Shown: in pieces, positions 61,201-64,000 of the stretch | Position numbering within the stretch: the first letter of the stretch is position 1 | Layout of the letters: the number at the start of each line of letters is the position of its first letter | Assembly (NCBI GenBank): GCA_048940605.1 | Contig: JBHLOJ010000002.1 | Location: 17,742 to 81,741 of the forward strand | DNA length: 64,000 nt | Source: Promethearchaeota archaeon | GTDB taxonomy: Archaea; Asgardarchaeota; Lokiarchaeia; Sigyniarchaeales; SOKP01 | Direction: 5' to 3' | The notes under the pieces: model-generated | Database searches by the model: none | The model's input: only the letters and a program-made list of their open reading frames with translations | What the model was told of the DNA's origin: nothing | Translations under genes and position numbers: made by a program

Positions 61201-64000
61201 TTCACTGTTTATAACAATGTCTCTCAATACACCCACACTTTTAACATAGGCAATCATTCTTTCGAAACAGATTTTGTAAATTTAAGCATATATAAGGTAA
61301 TAGGGTTAACACCAACCTTAGAGTCTGAAGTATTGACAAATAACATTAACTTCACAGTCGGATTTAATAAAACAACAAAAACTTTGAATATTACTGATCA
61401 AAATGGCTATTTAAATCGTTTTGATACGATTACTGCGATTTTGAATTACTCGTATGGTCCAATTTCCAGCTATACTGAAATTTATTTCTTAGACCAATTT
61501 AATCAGACATATTTAGCTGATCCAAAAGAAACATTCTATAATTATATAAATATAGATTATCGGTATAGAGCAGAGTCAGGAACAGCCTTATTTGCCGAAA
61601 GTTCTGAAGTAATTACAAGTGATTTTTCCTCGTTTACATCGATTGACTATTGTCGAAATCCAGATATTAGCACTAATAATAAATTGACTGGGTATGGTTC
61701 AGAATTATTTGATAATTTCGAGGTATATTATGATGAAAGCTCCATTATTTACATGGCAGATCCTGATATGAATAGAGAGCCAGATTATAAACTTACAATC
61801 GATGTTGAAAGAGACGGAAAAATTGATATTATCAAGTATGGTATTGATGATCCACAGGGGTCAGGAGAAATTTATTGGCATACCATTATCCAAGATTTTG
61901 AGAGTACAGAAATTAGCATACAAGAAGATTTGCTAGATGAAAAAAGAACCCAATGGTTTGATATAGATGATAGAGAATTTGCTTACTATGAATTTGATGT
62001 GGCTAAATTAATTTTAATTGTACTTACATTACCGTTGTTAACATATCATATTTCCAAGATGATACTTCCTGATGTGGATTATTGGGCGCAAAAGTCCACG
62101 CAGCAAAAAGTAAATACAGAAGAATATATAAAATCCAGCTTTTATAGCGTAAAAGTCGATGATAATCGTGATGGGATTCCTGATTCCCAGATTAATTATG
62201 AAAGCACAAAGGTAGATATTTATTATGAAATAAATGAATTTAAGAAGACAATTATTGCCGCAAAATATCAGGATATATTTACCTATCTAGCAGAATATAT
62301 TGAAAAAAGCATCAGTTCCCTTTTTGGTGGTTCTACTGAGGATGCTGTATTTAATGAACAGCTAACAGAAAAGTATCTTGATTCTCAAGACTTTAGTACA
62401 TGCAACCGATATACTCGAGAAAATGCTGATGTACTACGTGCGACTTATAGAAAATTCACTCAAAACATTACGACTACCTATATTGACAACTTCGAACATT
62501 CAACTATATCGATAATTGACTTTGATGATGAGGGAGAGATTGAAGAGCAGAGAATTTATACAGATGATTTTGAGAATCATGAAATTGATAATGTAGAACG
62601 CTTCTTCTCTACGCTCTCTGAGGAACATTCAATAACTAATCTGGATACTGATCAAATAAATACAGTAGTTTTTGATCCTGAACTACCCTTTTCTCATCCC
62701 ACAAACATTAGTTGGAATACTAGAACATGGGGTTCCGATCAAGTACCAATAAAATATGATTCTCTACAAGTTTCTGGTGAAGGTTATGATTATATAACAA
62801 ATGTGTTTGAGACAACTATCATTATTAGAATGCCAAATCGTTATTCTTTGTATAATGATTTTGGTAGAAATTCTAGGTCTAGTGTTGTTGATGACGGGTG
62901 GGTTGAATTTGAAGTAGAAGGGGTGTTAGTTACTCCTCCAGACGGTCAAGTATATTATACCTCTGATATAGAATCTTTCATCGAAGGAACAGCCAAGACT
63001 TATGGGCACTACTTCTATGTAGATACTGATCAAAATAGTTTCTATGATACTGTTTATGTTTTAGAGAATTCGCGTTCTCATTCAGGAATACCGAAATACA
63101 ATGTAATTACAATTGGATATAATTATGATGGCAAGCACGATTTTGCTCCCTATGAAAAAATAGAGAAGCGAGCACATACAATTTCTGACTTCGATAACTT
63201 AGCGAGAGAATCCACCATGTTTGGATCTGATTGGGTATATAATTTCAATAAACTTAGAAATTGTGATCTTTTATGGGAAGATGAGTCTATTTGGGATGAA
63301 TATAAACCGAAAGATCAGCTATTTGAAATTCATAAGCTTGTAGAAAAAAGTAGTAAAAATGATGATTTTTCAGAATTATTTTATGAAATTAGACATAAGA
63401 CATATTCAGAAGCGTGGAGGCAATATAGAAGTCAGTTATTAGGTGATATTGCCCAGCAAGTCTTTATGACGACAACCGCTACAACCATTAGTATGACGGT
63501 TGAGGCTATTTTAACAGCAGCTACTTTAGGATATGGATACGCGGCAGCAAAAGCAGTAGCCACATTGACCTATGTAACAGTTTACACCTTAATGACTAAA
63601 TTCTTTATTGATATAGAACTTCATGAAGCAGAATCTAGGACTCGTTTTGAGACATTTTATCCTACTTCAAATGAGATACAAAAACCTATATCTTTAAACG
63701 AGAAAATGGTGTATGATAGAGTTTTAGGAGATAGTATGGCGGCTGCTCTCATTGGACACCCCGGTGGATATTATACCACAGTAAGTGGTGATGAACCAGG
63801 AGATCAATATACGGGACAACTTTTAGTCAGCCCTCCAAATCCTGCACGAAGTTTGAATATTTTTGGTGGATTATTAGAGGTAATATGGGAAAACCTCTGG
63901 GATATGGGTGAATCAGATCCAGATTCATTTTATGCTCTAGATTTTGATGATATGAATTTGGATTATTTCTTGCTAGCAAGTGAATTACCTTCCTATAATT
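31300..64000 (+). CDS. Giant membrane-anchored surface protein. The 5' end is complete; the 3' end is cut by the window edge (at least 10,900 codons).
   Basis: ATG 31300 directly follows an in-frame TAA (31294-31296). Every 60-nt listing line starts on a codon boundary of this frame. I read triplets on more than 20 lines spread over 31.3-64.0 kb, including 34441, 36361, 39961, 43141, 47041, 50041, 53401, 56401, 60001, 62041 and 63961, and found only sense codons. The ORF track lists no + ORF in this frame, and nothing longer than 84 aa in the other five frames across 33 kb. Edge-truncated ORFs are evidently omitted from the track. The translation is protein-like throughout. Confidence 0.9.
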   Translation, partial: MSKSTKTKKEYERELSKMIRSPSVDTSFEKVKINYSLDNYNLTTLDNEIDQIRSSGLKQTQVSAKYTQKSIEKVDKTDEITKHQDLPKDHLPSLQLFKNKEIKITEKKEPQGKYQYYFSFIILALIFSAPSILSFLILFYLNNPLQESLYVLIPLYLFLSVFCAFKGAYYYFNIIKKQRRLKLESRRSKPKFQEVFSRLSLKDSTLKVITVSFSFLLFFCGYMNILFFSNTKGDILLLILLEITYYVIFTINHNIMKDNGRSLQQLFIAASVAGTFLGALILFAVNNLKPLLVVFPVVIFVSYLVYKNILVKTIVFLCCITGLGFFSLFIYNIVSTYLVDVFTTKFPFKAPIFLGGFNNTVLFILTFFIGLIVIYLMVRKKFIQVLQFLPLVGLLGSIWIYYHNFSSNRLPEDVSALFLLIPIIFYSLFLVFIFKNRILDLFAQFFMLISSLSLPIILAILALQENYGDAQFLIPFWTIVFSILAVLFAPLYEVKPRRSSTQKQNGIYGLKYHEIKFPLLWTFTLGLTVSLCYVFIMIPQWQFIPVLGIICSILLFTIKAKSIKVKVIKLLQKRKYKLYNIKNKSTVKTPYFEDKHVRIALLMIIFLNLYSLIFSVNSLASVSSPNFEFARVPQENGLNLASINYGSLEYSSSLNDFDGMSINDKFIIKCKVSLDFGETSLVRVRIIPQDVPSIEGFRILKSYEISSKYLTGPKKDYEIITQIPLNKFDLAPGTYKVEVYYSVLTGFGCRSSSPQIYELILVRDNLYVIPTEPFNEPIEDGFHYNSVYTFEYEINGKLCWNVIFDGRIQNSAQRTVSLDNLELFIEENDRYVNIANISTDSRGRFYYNHTVFGSIEKNQMVKIESSCKSEFYNPLFYEEFGGLETPISDERVFRDEDMNLYPDWDYTLYDFIKVLTSSSEGAPPSSLAFMAEFSESEGSTTTDIINNLEGTIEGNTTWTTAGKRDSALSFDGDGIVSSSGGGSSVSNWHAESDSEQSITSSSYVEKHTLDFIAPAEGDYLIIVSCEVTPAVTEYSIGVRAQLDDTTTMMEALYEGVNSNRDYEYKCESTMYVAESLGSGSHSIDIDAKQEGGTGYIRYARIVVLRLDDWLDSSGMYEYAANEGAISLAGSEGSYSDAVSITFTPDTAGDYLVLASMEMYCGYAGDTICGRIDYDSGAEYLPVDNTEESYENYVTYESKDTTDWHSFMWGGIVNMPTSSKTFKVQACRTGGSNGNADVRKRRVIAIRLGAMGDDTQSTEDASNTPTTSQWADKSTIQFTPSSQQDYFIIGGMVIKPDSTSYPSHAEVTHTVGTSTGTISVMNVDSKDSGNPADCIPMMGIAIKELNAESQTFKTRYGYAGSSGTTYGKGSFIIAVPLGSGGENGSTYEDFDYVDWNDVLDDDLDNVFVITSWIYPTSFTSNESDNGVKNVFFSKEGIIELGVNETGFVEIFLSTNSVETTASYGFPGAVALHTWNYLVLRFNDSGNDVDVLIGDTWCREAIGATAEPWGGGGALKEGGKLIIGAEISSYRSFTGILDDISVFNSSISDAAIKSHAGGPFLAIDVTVYKEDNQVGWTPITVSGQTINGYLNFQCNSTGKPIDLLEFYLTGEQPDLQNPTPEEWNLLTSYNYHDELYSFVEESNNLPDNSSWYFIAKATDDLGNFVYDYYSTYFKIDHFDELINFTYIDKEGRINHNSQIGLNIDHDYQWHFDSLSLFINRSGDIDFLSSYNYTELLSNYWLINLDSISGWIDDNNLTAGNYDINFIVEVNLTYGSEFSSYYVNYTLNNTILDIKGPDMELLTGPTYTFTPEATYDSIESNLLTLAINSTDNDFWYVDVEYKYTTPLTANWIKYGSFMVQNSRADIVLDISELADDNITLQFTGFDHLSNSKVLLNSTYWFIKDFNNHEKFTIEGLSDSLYGLNSNDMLDLELKIVPEDNDIKKVTVSTCYESFSLENISSEQNYIYFTDDGAVDIQFNSTYYDIFGSDFTELDILVALFQETTDNIAVTSKIYRIIVTSKAFLDIIQIADVNVNISGDTNNIWMNTISTATTYNNSHGVPFLSNNNPPVLKVYNSLNEFITSISLSTYLDDQDEEIYNTSDIEISKNKFKIELPQPQSGEVCSIEEVLVNGTSYSFSYYIDIDDNDLFIKLLTSKSLDGTYGSSAPITIKYGISTGVRNSNHFVGSYNFTLLPQDNYTCIAEFYDISSAISTFFISQPLTIDYQGPQIHPQFSTNVSINPESGFISFFISDFSGISSYYFNTTISGHWDVIDKIYTFYFNDTSITEGIKNVKLICNDTLGQISEYPFAIFIDKSPPVFSYVQTNYIYGNDLLEINATLTESSEYSITIEFLHLSSDTIAPDFELTIIEIGEDQWHILIDTNWLQNGYYNITLIATDTAGNFNTYVLEDTYFDNSYPIVDLIEEHIYVDNESIFNSTIIETLYFNDHESLTISAFDTLYDGFDWSQIDQTIADQLGIENITMYYTKPLAWCNISIAGSLNYEQFLYEITGYGDSNDVQDIKNIYSITIGNYTIDKFTILLDGTSLLLYIDSQYRYALSSALTGQIYAQFYELVDDEIALQFNNNSKNWELISSGNYFNITEFLSLEEGDQFLFWYEIKDGLDNILISHKITGIFDNSIGQDPIDQNVFEWSLGTNSTGSGIMIFGTEDYLDSTIQLNISSVLPTIAGDIDVERIMIYGSNDTIVWTDIGRAYYSGAENIWNYYWDGDLLETMPSENYTLKVYLFDRAGNYLNQTHTVKLYDYIQIQLITDLVFGHIFEYNSSAFSNENDIEGIIENYIGSINLYDIIAQYYNPIEKEWIKLQTDPATILSDGSYSITWDISDDPSLISSMNNFSYDYLPLQVISPQNNDLWGSWGIFSDADEWQPIIISESGSNLDISVYTFNEVSGWEQDISLSSEVTISSINNQVFKLFDIHRDGKWEIIRISSSQIDVIYLNQTSSQWIIKENVTGLSGYTYYSFDIEYDGRASTTLMSVHQKDSTSQSSMWLYSFNLDYTLTKTKDCICPFNFEPTSIRIVNYFSATDRKAILVAGEISSSHYSQLIEYDFNLGIKNIIVDVILGKISVIEYDEINGAESIVLGVERLIIGKMDAVIALRRKTGTEEWVDFQVSGFDELKFRILDLLTIHENNIRKLIVASGQGLYETKISYFKDLSTISSPICFTTVVYAKQDLQPTYYPLIVPEKIPIYMVNKITYKLSGDNNWYDLNIDKYHSSRTEIRLDLNSIWSSLAYVKVAYSFESFVSEERTSIDPSFKKQSGTSDTQTISASGLFYSDISLPLLWLNPATSYSSPLANWNSLPNSLTYQYTPVISGLGSTAIYPDVKSEWSSEYVIPELENSLICYGDTYDSGILAQNLNAKDDYLGETMFDGSFEGNYVDGVWISNPFISEDFNFSQMYYSEIHEESSQNGLYKYYPGDGQMVLVQNELTDITPYNSSVSLIYDSGVLPSTITPENLNDTLNNIGFDDGNYQYTQVNDSNYLVLSSASGSGGHSYNGEFLLEDGYNGDDFYFSFYSTSTEICYLDINDDTYALATEISIDRQLITNVNSIGFGFGNIYGCSANVYYFKLERISSNTPAVQGASLKEIETVLSNWSQYITTEKEETGVFGFEFTYKLPVISRVSLKEVQVSFDASVYSTSFTEEYPLSLQLWNFEYNRWESLPMAPLDGSSEYRPDGLDMDFWAWHPETPNYNDDKFRPKWGTTNLDNINTISYGDCFPNTVDGDGNIIFDSSVISGASFLKDDDSGHQINTLYTDQDYKVLFYDSDYNANKFQLGSIVLNTISPNTKIGVHFPAYNDSTSFPASSEFYANFLNDLHELRIRVITKRESGQTDDAYLCIGDFNTYAFTNTNYLNYDEFESNAIGTEHVSEKIDFTQNGLGLYGYSGFELKDPERTEKFRDNFQSTLWTLFGTSEEIILFEQVVNDATIVRSLHPSTNYDTEVLSTYKYLSRTNHESDSAFIYSGTLVQGTDVYDTREDDGNNMGIISESFGTYDKRTKVRYDNLVPDRKTFDFYYDISTSALAHISISLGDYDSPVLEIASTTGLQSSLIGSSRIEDKEPNLTYIWIETSSIFYHQVDVDWLESYEVPEEIETFIITEDFSKYLTLGSNDVWELEASRIYGASPTLFLYSTESFDIDTITWEDRPYTRALLSSTFASGSTFTLDLGEIETTEHYFKIDTIHYGIDYSNPKVKYQLAKKHQEPGLLYMQTNESESLSLKSQTYSKNITVTPNDQIIIEFKPKTSNEINFTLYSNGEVVQIFTLVPQGNNDFSSQFITLETDETIQFDQLMFSGMLNDTDYFLVNSISVLEGASIIDTQLSSYDFLEEPHKPYIETGTPLTSSWFGHFKDGQYYNISSNLKSTSQEVCVEFEFNVPKSETLDMEKMGIELTGFASSASLEGATFKIKNLDSSLYENIDFILTDLDSFSFSIPEDQFYKLDNGNYYTISFRIELETSSEFIVHIDNLNIFTYMPWSVEHDLYRASFVIEPVGTGQNQTDYLSVFVNDNINITIYDHLLDFGDNVISFYYNPNEQKWHGYFYNNTYNDFTDLLNITDSEFDIPKLKIEAHYGDTDKGIRVKSLESQYYTQIRDEQDFAKYKSLIASYKAIDNHADLLELDAEDEFLTSENVFTQISADVDIIYSFHDEMAHENIFEYELLPIFTASSYDSLETYIYNETGFIIDSATVLSDSYATDISEGAIATGSLIDLQVDDSSDCIFKTDWTQKRDPDSGDLSVAAGYYGYGVIDSENDDTNWDIQEDDDEERHYQVKTSDLRDEWLIASDEYLFSLGSFSPTNLPADVDVEIKVRWDFWDTYGNDEQEEYSHMRIYIMNWDTSQYEQFGSDIPNSANYIERTIDLNSSDYWQEVVFPNYYYNVKVKIETKAVASPSAPMAQVYIDYLYVDLKGVGRDPDTSYVNFNEFDNTNLLNGQNDFYLYFNGKTNSFTSNLRIDGTVEHTFDSTDYSSFNGYFADIDSIKVFIVGDTEGMDGETYDRRLLIDYLALKWLNQPVNISLKNDKKINVTSSLSHKQQNQTPIDSGLYDDPYFGMNSIHLTLKNTIQTPIFGRGNNTIWADLELSDLDLDFKVYPDTNKPLENNNIEGNDESKYVPAILGNYSEYSTSRFRRSAVDNIQIPLLTPLQLDFGQIDLATYENNILELALDLDIILENRASNSTWSLRSRLLYYNYTSGYWEDFKGMIWMESQGYNRAVWDPETFSDNFIDYLQDFNASNNVIPILNDNDIHVKNPLTINNLNNNIIKDGVMKLAFISYIIPSNISIDPDSNNFVYERMNPEVPIEISQEVGVVDCVFIGNSRQIMYPEASLTANLELDENFRANLSLIDNIGEIVAVKGIFTEDSVNYEYPIYYYWITQENELAFNSPMKYQFTNVSIEYIPQLNLTYNASDGYWYLPDSFVSDEVNYTNPFFVSDLWVNNTYYGTYIHPSINVWYTIDSNDYGTFVDFTNTTHPDSLVKGTIHFGKVDDTTIYRFSIKDETLLRYDILANSSDFVGGTLHLEFNSGFKDVIYSELSQVTCEDYALKISLYELGIDTNELSSIGTLEKALDTNYLGFHYYELDISFDEYDYDLDREADLAEILTQDSSSDLYITLEAVISECYIDGNLFKGMFAHELLYASVEIDSQHSLYHYNEESIEDPYFTIPQNNIILTQVDTSNYIFESKDLKYNYNFEIDNLYAGSEILREHIDYIFDLDQKSITLIGQYKDYNGYLFADIIYNAFEWHEGMISSLNPVTLTFQYDYVKNITKFMELIIQYSEIPGFQYDTIDLNSGRLRLSDETKSSSLLKTYLYNYREDRWDETNFVCYNDYTGTNTFSYIVDRNFLMFENYFNETGTGDFEVKIIFTIECVSEECFLSKGEFSITSIGANMYYSTPKTETKVTPEVIFDVDLTEYYTSSDIYLEEITLNLDYCGELEFDETFIFSQYALLEESYNVYIRNQYFDFEKFSLKNNEITLSREEIDHFIYHDIENSKYIIKIKLEYDWSCILELNVGSKSKLDIIATLTLNKYDLLISYSLYDTTRISACENTVPFELTAIYGPNYIEEGNEIFVLDDDEIPDIGVFGGFLRSTDTKQRLMLRQQLYYNFTESTEGFRNILLDQEYTDANLRFLVPSGYLELPNIREESLLKVPEQSAFNFTSGTLTAFNDLESIDNNYTTIEADYTSGSGSDIVIPNQDITTEWYAVPSGTHYTTIDEYPSKTSSDYVSGGGAPYPLVLDSYEMSNFTLPPGGKITKIEVYIYGNKYYSNDPDIGISWDDGASWPTKKYDADYENGNDFRYDFTGLDKNQTDLNGLAISAEPNPTLYGSPPQWGHFKIYTLWVKVYYNQSYSDLDVQIDMEIDDPLCSSVNTLRYSYKTNVSQVVEMDIWNWDSSQWDEIETTNNNASFDDNSFKLESQYINSTNGVRIRYQAIGASPFELYLDRLAIDYTIQSRFLTNDTYFSLIGEHESKSVKLYYNNGTADNFVANMTLHPSLPCVYEYTWTDISGDTGASTGDIIELMFFITDIFNNNGTYRYNFTADFDLPTPEISLGNGTEDFQTNTATPLTELAFMNHETYPCVEMYRIIDRISGFVTEWFEFDLILIAILGNLSYLSNNFSIEYKVIDIAGNENITSIYNSNFEYILFSKEKPISLSDNNIDLNSLNTIDREITFTDNNQFNHVDYLDAYINGFRYGTAYLDNGFYKLSFGSENSYETLITYSDSLISSNIYSNTNPINHVSWEVRNSDFFGVVKHVLVDEDIIITNPLTYNTDSTLEIDHIYDRGYILQNYARIREAFYYNASSENDDIVYLGLMIDFIVDNAGVIRFPNESRVHDLYNDPSEVKDGLIYFNYDASPFYDQFQLSNADGFFINFTIPDLYYEHTTLKKLTISFHDFTGKTFSKVYWDIDLRKYFLESIKEQYEIEILGLGKMMSIPLYIDLNELAFSNPGTPFDLSLLESIIITISDSELWPGSFKQEVGDYSVLNLPYQRIGISELKLYNLICDSVDVDDQGYVNSTVVFRAPDYYDFFAQAEFKIKRLNIDFTGLEVFYNTQKINMSSATPLEVEYSDYIELNYRFNNTLSSVILNDLITIPISLINASSGEIYSFDGASWITKQNKDSLSGYYSRYYYSKFQVPPGLGIFNVTISSPGTSLFNISFVDATSFTLNITQETLSSEQPIYLEYDTYELEYGESLLLKGAVLDNDEYIVEDRVYIYNYQEALDGNTVYHLDFESPFSDDTFIDLEEFAIYYIANIDNNSDDTLDILPLYSTLNGTYFKEKTILDFNKDPCISYVDNAFLLHIYWDLYSQAFIDYDTELLVSYKVLNGRPISPISFSSLDSYGNDNRDYLVEIPFARYDMLNRSWITKDDFIEEFSIDKKLLYEDVVSDGAVLQGAEYYDGQLIQTGVLSFEGIYVNWSDSNIFELLDESQYNWSINANGELSIADLPYSSGDVFRVIYYGINPITLIHSSNSPVSLISYVRVENGTGFKYNFELGTDYIISADGYRIYFKNLYNTILKSGNFTLYNRFEIKYHAPLARKIDLSQNLLLTLQDSEGNDIPIDTVPIDNIGLFKYNQPLREDGALSVPLGGGKKLVHMCLKYLPSNIFNKSADQLMDIDYNGSNFGKIYPYRENNAWAKPFTIITIPKKVKLEMIEAPYQNILINQKFYEDREYIFNYNLVEALEEGEEYTKVSIDALVREDYQFTFRLTDFEDKPINNSIVWLHIGFMPKSKTEFLNTRAIIDELEISPYFESLGTEQITSRGPGEGPNKMFGRPLIYELNNYNTTNHSAYGPYAFIYGITDEFGEVSFDISFDRDYLEDFVDIFGNIEGINTIEDMILYIRAFSTYFDWDDFAIDTPDQYLCSTDEMVFEGSTKLSNYNFDDLTIQDSTYVEGLIRLHKGDIALGVHDYISYNLPDSTLEDDYDPLTLHLYINEADPIPSTTSTTLDSLTKVYSSLELEGQSYNILSDDYRYYAIIEFYTPSGTLVETMYKEIQEGYDSGFIEISNEYNQLENLLTELGPGISTIKIYVAESEYYKKSPVVIVPCEIRPPNWIKFGEKNTQIDLIDPFISAWGAACNNEVEMPFESNYPHLIGSIWVESDFMGTGEEIERSIQDYIEINLDCTIYNDDGTTSTFPLENDIMLRPGNRDGILTFRIGLGPENAFLMGLQCDLNLSFNIDFNKDKIYEDLRDVEIYLLDLRLESNPSSNNPSTTWSIYEDGVLFSGDITVEKEGAIDEGTGILHLGGTENGQVNGQDLAFLFSNDTLDYGIDANSELLSLLALSEIVALRVVGIKDGDKYEFVQGVDWTMPYYPSGSLYNESIIQFLETNLPDSGSEFSVTYKLKFDFTGKTFGNITLGYSNNYNESSIELKLPQGFLPESNNSHSPMYTRFSESCDGTSTNYIMPYGKQSAVLSDFIVYNEEELEELNYYLGTSLDNDHLKISFSQAPNTEFNVKYGVKSQYILSYGFQKENKSYSDSVRLMYNDSFISKIIDGSNNELSSCDLDDPSLYISLDDSNDTTTLYLSNVPLLYGPELILNFTLDHVVLDLIETFGSDFNNLTIEFKYITNDGFYEFYSDPIVVPLEYAKLSDDIVNNTYSIQYNKDLQAIYDMVGADSVDIEVILHHIGDSSNYIPYIILEVFDYLADEHIVENYDRAPLNRQGKFLAKSAINTPHYYQIFSRPFIDGTLYGDSPFELINGSEVTVGLQNLPNATLVSVNSDGEDYEFGYLGGSETLLVNDTNFYMIPNMGMLIDTYDIEEPLYQDGFLDLYYGSGTQIDGEQQYTATISMDYEAGFIADYRSNINNYRPISWEDTYDFVNQFLTTDKISVSSRVFYHQIFDLDVDINSSSVMNEIFPNYEKNIYFGLQLPEDFDVDEIRAIGLPYHYALSVQGFPIGKYRDNYCEVQTGYSGAFTPSKDILKNNLDFALEFDENGTAYILSFKPTCDLSSYTDYQNKIMVDYWVNCEFVQDYDYYIHEDPEDPYISQIEWDLGFTDEDIYRLHPDFDDEASFTVEYSALEWEIFNEEYIHDGQDLFTFRPLEYYNISILYTGEISTDVFSVQYIVPEDQYLEDHEIFPNLYILAQLGDDESTMRVFGLINTEFTSYLVQNSPNSYNYTMNFTTIENFIKNYDPEYQLVENSYIYALSKYNSSLLRYPLGRTPFNYEYLGDAHDAYQIALYINEQLITYSNESEFHDYVQKIEGRYIYFNNKSQGQSGYIDPNSEIQLKYKFKLQPGLLDRKHFLIVTYPWSNIFDTPYDSIMYRESYRKLTGTIITPFVYSLSIENKYSLYLSYRLNEKDYFEEKFEFDYDNPVYEFYYMEDGIEQYVSELTIDEEDAISVYYFDFLGTMMFLNPSHYIVNTAENKITLKDDYNVIVTPNDITEFYVSFIPENKDRQFTSYEFSYNRTMNITETLNVTHWDILGIESVDVIPNLDAYYFINENKSSLQNIVCHASQVTAYLSEGKELEFNIKAELENYNEDLIDGIHIGDYLAVYFDTNIKNIESLEYLTIKLYDNSGVMSGFTKIITKNELEMYDYNIKIGLPTTSNTLKKVRFTPTFRNDSEYSQDNTFGIGRYQVVECNPELISKRDDGVDCINVELEHDLKTDLDNLAYIFNDRLQLLSFPENITYTRELDICTLHIPTQYYDPDTNETIILQEGQNFVIRYNSPVKKGIALGIGGLYLENKGYNYSSHPDLPKAEFLLIKANSSDSYSEFTSDYYYQESLQLTPFDTEYNGKFKVVKINLNLNSLYQSTGSDVLNFSHLIFSVSNPCYELTINEVLIIEESSEPTVQSGSWDSRVWQFTEVEMFKASASPEEDSYQLTLENSPLFYPNTEWLEYLTIFDEDGNYYTAGLTGNDHQLHYTPSTNSFMWNPSFNQFPEYFGMEFEEPLIVGPNKTLFFEYSTNTSWTEPIRIEEENIDLQSIRVIYDYNYLLKPEHYEWYIEQFNIEHSYESIAYSFKEESEYEVVQYYYESFTVYNNVSQYTHTFNIGNHSFETDFVNLSIYKVIGLTPTLESEVLTNNINFTVGFNKTTKTLNITDQNGYLNRFDTITAILNYSYGPISSYTEIYFLDQFNQTYLADPKETFYNYINIDYRYRAESGTALFAESSEVITSDFSSFTSIDYCRNPDISTNNKLTGYGSELFDNFEVYYDESSIIYMADPDMNREPDYKLTIDVERDGKIDIIKYGIDDPQGSGEIYWHTIIQDFESTEISIQEDLLDEKRTQWFDIDDREFAYYEFDVAKLILIVLTLPLLTYHISKMILPDVDYWAQKSTQQKVNTEEYIKSSFYSVKVDDNRDGIPDSQINYESTKVDIYYEINEFKKTIIAAKYQDIFTYLAEYIEKSISSLFGGSTEDAVFNEQLTEKYLDSQDFSTCNRYTRENADVLRATYRKFTQNITTTYIDNFEHSTISIIDFDDEGEIEEQRIYTDDFENHEIDNVERFFSTLSEEHSITNLDTDQINTVVFDPELPFSHPTNISWNTRTWGSDQVPIKYDSLQVSGEGYDYITNVFETTIIIRMPNRYSLYNDFGRNSRSSVVDDGWVEFEVEGVLVTPPDGQVYYTSDIESFIEGTAKTYGHYFYVDTDQNSFYDTVYVLENSRSHSGIPKYNVITIGYNYDGKHDFAPYEKIEKRAHTISDFDNLARESTMFGSDWVYNFNKLRNCDLLWEDESIWDEYKPKDQLFEIHKLVEKSSKNDDFSELFYEIRHKTYSEAWRQYRSQLLGDIAQQVFMTTTATTISMTVEAILTAATLGYGYAAAKAVATLTYVTVYTLMTKFFIDIELHEAESRTRFETFYPTSNEIQKPISLNEKMVYDRVLGDSMAAALIGHPGGYYTTVSGDEPGDQYTGQLLVSPPNPARSLNIFGGLLEVIWENLWDMGESDPDSFYALDFDDMNLDYFLLASELPSYN
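31651..33150 (+). other. Polytopic membrane domain of the giant ORF (about 14-15 hydrophobic helices), preceded by a ~117-aa Lys/Glu-rich N-terminal tail
   Basis: There are successive 17-24 residue hydrophobic stretches. Examples are FSFIILALIFSAPSILSFLILFYL, LFIAASVAGTFLGALILFAV, VLFILTFFIGLIVIYLMV, LFAQFFMLISSLSLPIILAILAL and VRIALLMIIFLNLYSLIFSV. They are separated by short polar or basic loops. Confidence 0.6.
34100..35960 (+). other. LamG/concanavalin-like (Laminin_G_3 type) domain split by an inserted repeat block
   Basis: The N-terminal strands are NNLEGTIEGNTTWTTAGKRDSALSFDGDG (about 34135-34221). The remainder is FVITSWIYPTSF...HTWNYLVLRFND...LIIGAE...FTGILDDISVFNSSISDAAI (about 35452-35960). 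Together they match the G-x-A-L-x-F-D-G ... W ... FxGxIDDVxIYNxALS layout of Laminin_G_3. About 1.2 kb lies between the two parts. Confidence 0.5.
34255..35430 (+). repeat. Three tandem protein-level repeats (~122-143 aa each) inserted in the LamG domain, bracketed by Gly/Ser linkers
   Basis: The repeats lie at about 34255-34620, 34621-35040 and 35041-35430. Each contains (G/Q)DY(L/F)(I/V)(I/L) and ends with RIVVLRL, RRVIAIRL or SFIIAVPL. Linker SSSGGGSS (34228-34251) precedes the block and GSGGENGS (35428-35451) follows it. GC is higher here: 47% on line 34561 against 30% on line 38401, by hand count. Confidence 0.55.
49861..50640 (+). other. Two-domain block of the giant ORF, collinear with residues ~108-360 of ORF 16351..18618
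   Basis: By-eye alignment, giant ORF first in each pair. TEWYAVPSGTHYTTIDEYP aligns with TQWNNADGPPHWSKLDEFP. FTLPPGGKITKIEVYIY aligns with LSLAPGEYVTKLVYWAY. GLDKNQTDLNGLAISAE aligns with GLSLSQSQLDGFWLQAK. IYTLWVKVYYNQSY aligns with INTVYVKVYVKQQY. After these, MDIWNWDSSQWDEIE aligns with MQIWNYDTTSWNTVE, and LYLDRLAIDYT aligns with LEFDQLYLSYS. Confidence 0.5.
62005..62070 (+). other. Hydrophobic, TM-like segment about 10,235 residues into the giant ORF
   Basis: The sequence VAKLILIVLTLPLLTYHISKMIL is flanked by acidic sequence. Confidence 0.35.
63460..63615 (+). other. Ala/Thr/Val-rich hydrophobic stretch (one or two TM-like helices) about 10,720 residues into the giant ORF
   Basis: The sequence is VFMTTTATTISMTVEAILTAATLGYGYAAAKAVATLTYVTVYTLMTKFFI. 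It is locally GC-richer than its flanks. Confidence 0.35.
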
